Assembly (NCBI GenBank): GCA_951406725.2
Contig: OX597824.1
Coordinates: 63,426,001-63,490,000, forward strand
DNA from: Octopus vulgaris
Lineage: Eukaryota
Reading direction: 5' to 3'
DNA length: 64,000 nt
Of the stretch, positions 54,848-64,000 are shown piece by piece. Numbering within the stretch: position 1 is the stretch's first letter; every line of letters begins with the position of its first letter. The position numbers and the translations under genes are program-made. The notes beneath the pieces are model-generated. The model made no database searches. It was not told the DNA's origin and saw only the letters and a list, made by a program, of their open reading frames with translations.

Positions 54848-55640
54848 ATGCATATGTTTTATTTGTGTTCTTCCAAGTAAGTTTTATTTTAATAATTATG
54901 ATGCGCTCTCTTCACCCTTTATTTGACATTTCCTCCCTACTTGTCTGTCTTCCTCTATAACTGTCCCTCTCCCTCTCTTAATTTTCATCCTTTCTGGTTT
55001 TGTCTCCCACCGTTCCCTATTCTTTTCCTCTCTCTTTCACCGTTCCCTCTCTCTCTCACTCCTCCTCCTTCCCCTCGTCGCTGACCAGAGGGCTACTAAC
55101 TTTCTTTCTGACTACTGCCTTCAACAAGTCAACAACGGCTTCTCCTGTCCTCGTAAGCCGTTTTCTCAATGCGTTCAAATGAATTTTTCCATCGTCTAGA
55201 CTTAAAAAGGTCCTTATCGGTTGTTTCTCCTTGTCCTGTCTTTTACTGTTTTTATCTTTATTTGTATTGCTTTTACTGTCTTATTTTGTTTTTACTATCC
55301 TGTTCTTGTCACCATTTTTACCCCTCCCAAATTTTATTTAATTTGCTTTGCGGGAAGGACTGTTTCAATAAAGTCGTGTCTTGCCCTTACCTTCGAAACA
55401 CGCAATAAATCGAAGCAGGGGCAGCTGAAGAAAGGGCATGTTCCTTGTGTTGTATGTCTTGTACTATGTTTTTTCGTTGTTTAAAAAAGTCCGTTTCCAT
55501 GCTTTGTCTTTATGTTTTCGTTTCTTGTTGTGTACTACGTTTTTTTGTGGTGTCCTGTACCCATATATGCTTGTATATATACATATAGATGTAGGTACGT
55601 ACATATATGTATGTATGTATGCATATGTTTCATTTATTAA
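54640..55640 (+). mobile_element. Partial tandem (about 820-bp period) of a non-coding repeat family
   Basis: AAAAGTCCGTTTCCATG..GTCCTGTACCCATATATGC.TGTATATATACATATA.ATGTAGGTA at about 54666 and 55485. Confidence 0.8.
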
Positions 55641-55670
55641 ATTGTTATTATATATATGTTATATATATAT

Positions 55671-55710
<40 letters not shown>

Positions 55711-58213
55711 TACTTTAGACGTATGTACCGGTATGTATTGCCAGAAACAGCTAGTTTTCTTTCTCTAACATTTTTACATAGTTCAACCGAGACAAGTTAA
55801 TGAGTGAGAAGCAAACTAGGTATTTTTCAAGAAGTTTCTACAAAGCTAACTTTTAAACATCGAATGGCTATAGCGGTCCATCGAAATAAAATAGTAATCA
55901 AACGACTCCATAGATAAAAAGAAATAATTCAGAACCTCTGACCTAAGCGATTAATTTAGTCTGCTGACAGGAGTCAGATGCAGAATAGGACTTGTGTAGT
56001 GACATAAAAGTCTAGTCTTCTTATCATCTAACAGAATAAGAAAATAAGCAAAGAGAAAAGGCTCGAATGTGGGCCATTTCTTTATCTTCCTATAAATTGA
56101 TATGTAGTATAGAGATAAGTTTGTGTGGTGTGTATTAATGTAAGATCGATCCTTACAATAATGATTTGGTGGGGTTGGGTTGTCCAGTCCATAAGATGGT
56201 AAATCTGTAAATAGCCTCGTCTATAACCTCCAGTCCTTTTCACTAGTCTATGTCAAATCCACAAGACATACAGTCACTTCTTCATCTAATCAATTAGATG
56301 AGAAATACATTTATCTATCTACTCTATGCATTATGAAATCTAGGGCACTCTTCTTTTCTCACGACAAAGCTGGTTGTTCTGAGACAGACTAAATTGATTT
56401 GTCAAGTAACCACTAGTTTCATCTCGAGGAATGATTGAAAAAGTGGCCTCACTTTGTGATTCTAAGTATTAAACAGAATGCCATCATAATCAGCGATACG
56501 TCGTTCCTCGTAAGACGAGTCAGAGGAGACGAAAAACAATCAGGAAAATGAAATGAGTGGAGCGGCAAGAGAAACAAGGACAGAATCAAAGTACTCGCAA
56601 TTGAAGAAACGTGTACTCAACTACGCAGCAGGCTTACGACTTCATTGTGACCCATGCAAAATCTGGAGGAAAAATCAAGCTAATATATATGTTGGACATG
56701 AAAAACAAAGCACTGTTCGTAATGTCCACGCTGATGTTCCATGTACATTTGAATAATCAAACCGTAGAGGATGTAGGACCGTTCACAGCACGGTTGACTC
56801 CTGCAAAATGCTCTTGGGTTTGTTTGGAAATCCCATGCTTTGCACAAAGGAGTATGTGGTTTAAAACGTGGTCAGAGCTGAAGTATTCTGAAATATTTTA
56901 GTTGGCATCTTATTTGTAAATATTCTTTTTATTCTTTCATATATATTGCATTCAATTTTTGGTACAATGCCAGCAACTTCAGGCGACTGGGTAAGCTGAA
57001 TACATTGACCCCCAGTACTCAACCGGTACTTATTTTATCGACCTCGAAAGGATGAAAGGTATAGTCGACCTCGAGGAAACTTGAACTCAAAAGGTAAAAA
57101 TGCCCGGCGTGCTTGCGATTCTGACAGCTCGCCGATTATTTTTCCATAACTGCCACAATAATCTGACCTTAACCTGATAATCTGTCATTTTAATACTCAT
57201 TTAATACACATTTTAAACATCTGAGTGAGGTACTGGAAAAAAGCATCATGTTTACTGACACAACTTACCTCCTGGATCAGGAGTAGAACCCACAACCTTT
57301 AGAACAAAACCTTAGTTTCCTTAGAACAAGGCCTTCTCTTTAGGAGATAATACTCTTCTTATAAAATGTGTTACCTGGTGAACATCATAGAAAATTTTGT
57401 AGAATTTGTAGAACCCTGGAAAATGTCTGGCTAATTCTTATTAGATTCTTACTTTATATATCACCGTGGTCAACTTTGGTTTTTATCCACCGCTGATAAA
57501 ACGAATTCCCAGCCAAGTATCGGTGTGCATTTAATCGACAATAATTTTCTCCATAAACATTCTTGGATTTGTACCAACTATTAGAAATTACTGTATTACT
57601 GTTGTTATTGCTGTTGTTTATTTATACTGTTCTTGCTGCTTTTTTATATTTATTTTGTTGATGTTTTCTTTAGCCCTGTAGCGTCTTCTTAGACATGGTT
57701 TTTCGATATGTATGCCACACACCTAGCAATAACATATGCTTTTTCTTTCCAACACGTTAGTCAATTTCAGTTTTGCACCTTAGAAAGAATACATGTATTT
57801 CCTTCATTTGATGTATTTTTAGCAGAGTAACAAGGTCACGCATTCGGTGGAAGGCGTTTACATGATGCATAAGGATCAAAACATGAATTATTTTTATACT
57901 ATTAAACTCCGGGCAAATAAGAAACTATGATAATCCCCGAAAATTTGTTATCAGAAGTAAAAGAAATTTAACAAGAAACGATGTCCGTGTTTTGTAAAAA
58001 TTTGTGGTAGACATCAACTGGGTTCTCGAAATGATTTGTCATTTATTTTATATTACTGGGATGGATGGAGAGCAAAATTGATCTGAGCGGGTCTGAAACA
58101 GGAACTTAAATGCTATAAGGTATTTTCCTACTATTCATTTAGACAATCCACAGTGTTTGTACAAGACACACACACACACTGTGTATATATATATATATAC
58201 ATACATACATACA

Positions 58214-58249
<36 letters not shown>

Positions 58250-58263
58250 TAATTATGTTTTAA

Positions 58264-58661
58264 ATGCCTGTATACCATGCATTTGCACTTGAATATATAT
58301 ATATACATATATACGCACAAATCGTAGCCAGACTGTAATGCGTAATTAATAATTCTATAAATGTGTGATAATACCTGTTTATTCATTGCACAGATATAAG
58401 AACACTTCCTGATGACTGAGTTGCCTTTAGGGGCATTTAATCTGTTGTCAATGTCCTGGTAAAAGTATTCAGTTTTAAGACATCTTCTTCCGATCATTCT
58501 CACGCGACCTAAAAAAATTCAAGGCTACCACTTTCTCCTGCTGTCTCAATAATAACAAACTCGATTGTTCTTATGTAACAACGTAGAGTGTGTGGCAAGG
58601 AATCGTTCATATTTTACGTGCTCACAATATTTTCAAGTGCAAATGCATGGTATACAGGCAT
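58264..58661. repeat. Perfect 30-bp inverted repeat enclosing 338 bp
   Basis: ATGCCTGTATACCATGCATTTGCACTTGAA (58264-58293) / TTCAAGTGCAAATGCATGGTATACAGGCAT (58632-58661). Confidence 0.9.
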
Positions 58662-59513
58662 ACTGTAATACATTAGATACATGAAGACAGCATTTACATT
58701 TACCTAACGTCAATAGTGTTACAGCAATGGCTGTATAACATATGGAGCAATTTTCTGTCGCACACTGTACGCTGGGATAACTTGGTATAGTAAATACAAA
58801 GACTATACACACTGCTGGGCTCCGAATTCAGGTAAAGGGAAATACTGGTTAGGGTATACTACCATCACTTTAACTACCCTGTACACTGTCAATATATCAC
58901 ACATATATACACACATCTTATCGTTTATTCATACGTACACAGTTATGGTCCGAAATAAAATTCTTGAAAACTCATATGCCTTTAAAACAGAGGCAATGGA
59001 AATGGAGAAGAATTGAAAAGCTGTGTGACAGGCGCATTAGCGATATAAATCATTCAGCTAAGTGTGAGCTTTGAAAGTAATTCGTAAAGATCTTCTCAGT
59101 GTTAGTTAGTTGCTTAGAAGAGAAGCTAGAAATTAAAATGAAAAAGAAGTGTATAAACAGATAAGAAAAGAAACATTTTGTGCATTTGGAATGTTGACTA
59201 TATTTAAGCGAGTGTTAAATTTAATGATGACTCGAGTAAATAACAAATAAAATATCAAGTAAAGAATATATGTAAATGTTTTATTTAGATTAATATATTT
59301 CAAAACTTCAAGAGAGAAAAACAGAGAGACAGAGATACAGAGAGACAGAAAGAGAGAGGGAGAGAAACAGAAAGAGGGAGAGAGACACAGATAATGCAGA
59401 GAAAAGGGGTAGAAAATAATATAAAAATAATCTACGGTAGTCAGGTGTAAAACTGTGGCTGTAATATAACACCTAGAGAAAAGCATAAGACGTAAAGAGC
59501 TATATGAGAAAGA

Positions 59514-59547
59514 TAATAACAACAACAATAATAATAATAATAATAAC

Positions 59548-59603
<56 letters not shown>

Positions 59604-59636
59604 TAATAATAATGATAATAATAATAATAATAATAA
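59514..59636. repeat. (TAA)n microsatellite
   Basis: Direct reading. Confidence 0.95.
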
Positions 59637-60959
59637 TTTTAGTAAAAACATTCCAATAGCAAGTTACCGTGTTATGACAGATGGTAGACAATTGGGTCAG
59701 GGAAATGAAGAAGAAAAAGTTACAAAGTTACATAAAATTAGTTATGGTTATTCTAACTGTACAGAAGGGTGATAGGTTGGTAGAAACGTTGGTGTGTCGG
59801 ATAAATAAATAAAAAGTACCTCGTGGTACTCGTTTCTGAACTTTACATTCTGCGTTCAAATCCCAGCTAGGTTAGACTTACAATTAACCTTTTCGGGAAC
59901 GCTAAAATAAAGTGCCAGTACGGTACAGGACACGATTTCATCAACTACCGATTTGTGCCAACGTTCAAAGCGTGTGCATGGTACTACAGAGAGCCACGCC
60001 CTCACCCATTTGTAGGATTTCCGACAAGTGGAGTTGACAGATCGGCTGCAGTACACTGCAAGCAACCTTAAGGCGGCGACCTAGCAGTTTCATTAGTACG
60101 CATGACAAAATGCTTTACGGTATGTCTTTCCTCTTTACGTTTTGAGTTCAAATTCCGCCGGGGACTTGTGTTTCATCCTCCCGGGGAACGATAAAATGAG
60201 TTCCAGTTGGATACTGAATTCGACTAAGGCGGCGAACTGGTAGAATCGTTAGCACGACGAGCAAAATGATTAGCAGCATTATTTCAGAGTGATCATATAA
60301 AGGCGTGTCCACAGATTCGTGCCGGTTAATTTGGTTACTGTTGTTGATGAGCCTCAGGCCGGCTCTGATTGAGCAGACTTCATATGAAAATTCTCCATGC
60401 GCTTGCGAAAGTGTTTCTATATTTACTTTAACGACAAAATGTTTCTAAATCTAGATTACTTGGCACGATCTTTAATTAACAGCAACTTTTGAGTACACGT
60501 AAGCTTAGACTGAAATATTCTATCTGTATAGGTGCAGGCAGGAATGGTTGTGTTATTGAAAAGTTTACTTCTCTGACACGTGGCTTTGGATCAGTTGCAC
60601 TACTTGGAATCTTGGGAAAATGTCTTCTATATTTTATCATTTACTTGTTTCATTCGTGAGACTGGCGCCATGCCGGAGCACAGCCTTCAATAAATTTTAG
60701 TCGAATGGATAGCCCCAAGTTCTTTCTTTTTTAAGCCCGATATTTAGGTTATCGATTTCTTACGTCGAACTGCTAAGCTACGGGGACATAAAAACAGCAA
60801 TAACGGTTGTCAAACGGCGATGACTGACAAACTCAGAAACAATCACAGACACACACAGTTACACACACACACGCACACACACACACATAGATAGATAGGT
60901 AGATAGATATATACATACATACATACATACATACATACATACATACATACATACATACA

Positions 60960-60992
<33 letters not shown>

Positions 60993-61031
60993 TACGGAGT
61001 TGGAGCACTAAGCAGTGATTTTTATAAATGA

Positions 61032-61323
61032 AATATTATTATCAGTTCAAATATGTTTATGGCACATTCGAACCGTATGCAAGCTCGCTGATTGGCGCTA
61101 CTAGTGATCGCAGCGCACCCTCTTTATTTTCTGTGACTGAAGAGGAGATAATCACTTCGAAATACTAGCATCCCTCAGTCTGGGTAGTTGGCGCTGCGAG
61201 CTGATTTTGGTGTATTTACACCATTTGTCTACTGCGAGAAATAATCTCCATCACAAAACACAGTGAATGGCTTGCATACGGGTTATAACGTGTCGCAAGC
61301 ATGTTTTAACTGGTAATAATATT
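61032..61323. mobile_element. MITE with about 54-bp imperfect TIRs
   Basis: AATATTATTATCAGTTCAAATATG..CCGTATGCAAGC / GCTTGCATACGG..CATGTTTTAACTGGTAATAATATT. Inner CGCAGCGC/GCGCTGCG pair. Confidence 0.75.
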
Positions 61324-61648
61324 GCGTATGTAAATATATATATACGATGGGCTTCTATCAGTTTCCTTCTACCAAATCCAATGACAAGGGCGTGTCTATA
61401 AGAAGTCACTTACTCAAGGTGCCATGCAGTGGGACTGAACCAGGGACCATGTGGTTGGGAAGCAAGCTTCTTACCACGTGTCCACACTTGAGCTTCATAT
61501 GTGTGTGTGTGTTTATGTGTGTGTGTGGCAACATCGACAAGAATGTAGAATATTACATCATACAAGTCCGGCAATCGTTTCTCTTGCGTCAGCATTTTTA
61601 GACACGGCAAAAGAAATAAAAATCCATGTAAGGATGGATGCATGCATA

Positions 61649-62091
61649 CCGTAAATCCTCGAGTATAGCCCGCCCTTGAGTATAATACGCAGGGGACTTT
61701 TAGGGGGCTGTACCTCTGAAAAACCTCCTTCTCTAACTTGAATCAAGGAGGTCTATATAACGTCCTTGGTTTGTAAAAATATATACGGTAACGTCCTATA
61801 TTATTATTGTATATATAACATGCTGTAAACGTGTAGCTTTTTTGTGCATTTTGTTTGCAGAAAATAAAGAAATAACAGTAATAACGTTTAATAAATGTTG
61901 CTAACTGTAAGTTATGGATGATTTAAGGTATTTTCGCGCCCGACATCACAAAATGCGTCTGAATAAACATTGACGGACAGCAAATAGAGAGACGGTCATT
62001 GCTTAGAAAATATTTTTCGTTTTTATGCACTGGGAATTTTGACCTTTAAATTTTGGGGGAAAAAATGCGGATTATACACGTGGATTTACGG
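61649..62091. mobile_element. pogo/Tigger-type MITE (443 bp)
   Basis: TA-flanked TIRs CCGTAAATCCTCGAGTATA / TATACACGTGGATTTACGG. Confidence 0.85.
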
Positions 62092-62449
62092 TACATCTGT
62101 GTGTACGTGTGTGTACGTGTGTGTCAGTGTGTATGTGTATTAAGAAAGGGCATCCGTTTGTTTATCTTCCCATTAATGAGCGATTCATGGAATAAGCATG
62201 ATAGAATACGTACCAGACTTTAAAAAGAAAAGGACTACAAGTGCTCTGGTCGATCCGTTCAGTAAAACATTTGAAAGCGTTGCTCTACAATCGCCGCTGT
62301 CCAATTGCTGAAACTATAAAAGAATAAATGAATAACATATATGCCTGTGAGAGTGCCGAATGATTCTCTGTGTGTGTGCGTATGTGTGTGTGCGTGTGCG
62401 TATACATCTATGTGTGTATCTCCCTCTCTTTCTTTCTTTGCCTTTCTCC

Positions 62450-62493
<44 letters not shown>

Positions 62494-62494
62494 T

Positions 62495-62621
<127 letters not shown>

Positions 62622-62997
62622 GCATACATATATATATATATGTATATATATATATACACACACACACACAAACACACTCAACGCGCTGTATACGTGTGTG
62701 TGTCTGCGTCTGTGCTGTATAGATTGAGAGTCTGATAGATGCATATTTTATAAGACTACCTACATTGTTATGCTGCAACTTATCAGCTTTTCGTCTTATC
62801 TATTTCCAGTTCTATTTTTGTCGTCTCTTCTAATTTTATCTTTTTTGCAGAGCGATATATTCTGTTTGATGAGTTGAACTATACAACTATATAACATACA
62901 TCATTCAGGAAAAAAACTTAAAACACTACACTAAACACGCCCATGCACGTAAGGAAAAATGTTGACATATATACACATGTGCGCACATATACGCATG

Positions 62998-63033
<36 letters not shown>

Positions 63034-64000
63034 TGTATGTATGTATGTATGTATGTATGTATGTATGTATTATGTATGTATGAATGTATGTATGTGTGAG
63101 TATGTATATATGTGTTTGAGTGTGTGTAAGAGTGTGTGTATGTGTATTTGTAACTTTCTATTTATGTAATCTAGATAGGTAGATAGATGTATTTTATATA
63201 TATTACATATACATACATACGCATAAGAATTCTTATACATGTATGTATATATGTATGTATAAATATGTATGTGTGTGTGAATATATATAGATACATATAT
63301 GCGAACATATATGCAGACATATATGTGTATAAATATGTATGCGTGTGTACGTAGAAGGTGAGTGACTTAATGGTTAGTGTGTTGCACTCACAATTTCAAG
63401 ATCCTTGTCTCGATTCACGTTTGGACAAAAACGGTTCCTTTCACGTTGATCTGCGATCACTCCTACATCCGATGTGTGGCACATCGTGCACCTTTAATGG
63501 CTATGTTGATTTCATGGAGGGCGTGACATACATACATACATACATACATACATACATACATACAGCACAAATGTTTGAACACTATAAATGTTTGAACACT
63601 ATAAACAAAAGTTACCTTTACAGGTTCTTGAGCAAGAAATTGCATAACCCTCAACTACGACACAAGAGTTGATCATGTGTTTGCGTTTGTTGTAACATTC
63701 GGGAGAAAGAGAATTCACAAATACAATCTTACTAACAGTACTTACACTATGGTTTAGATCTTTATGCCAAAAAATTAATGAAACTGCGAAAATCAAGAGG
63801 AGAGGTTCATGTAGCCAATACATGGTACGTTCTAGAAAAATTACATTGAATTCACGTGATTATAATAAACTTGAAAACTGACTGGTTTATCTACGACTAT
63901 GTATGTCCCATGAATTATATAAATGTGCCTACACGTGGAAAATTATATTACGCTTACGGTAGTACTGCGTCTCCGTATTCTATCACACTTATTCCACGAA

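Noticed and set aside
56480-56901. Overlapping ORFs with a piggyBac-like KNKALFVMSTL string
   Set aside because: No TTAA/TIR or further transposase motifs found

Overview
AT-rich, repeat-saturated animal genomic DNA, most likely intronic or intergenic. The SINE families and the dense (TA)n/(TATG)n/(TAA)n/(TAGA)n microsatellites resemble octopus/cephalopod DNA (inference, not checked). No intact host gene is recognisable, and most listed ORFs are translated microsatellites. Supported content includes two full-length decayed mariners with TIRs, a DD37D/maT-type element, a Tc1 fragment, several MITEs, Helitron/Helentron pieces, CR1-type LINE fragments, a Hero-like and a Dong/R4-like RLE retrotransposon (the latter inside TAA repeats), an L1/Tx1-like ORF1 element joined to a SINE head, and four Penelope-like (PLE) RT/GIY-YIG fragments. 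At least four tRNA-derived SINE families are also present. The most interesting signal is a set of unrelated short elements carrying minimal type I hammerhead-ribozyme motifs (best copy 25838-25926, minus strand), several with fold-back inverted ends. One family joins a Pol III tRNA-like head, a microsatellite and a hammerhead. This suggests retrozyme-like elements mobilised by PLEs. All family calls come from manual motif recognition; no searches or folding were run, and many boundaries are approximate.
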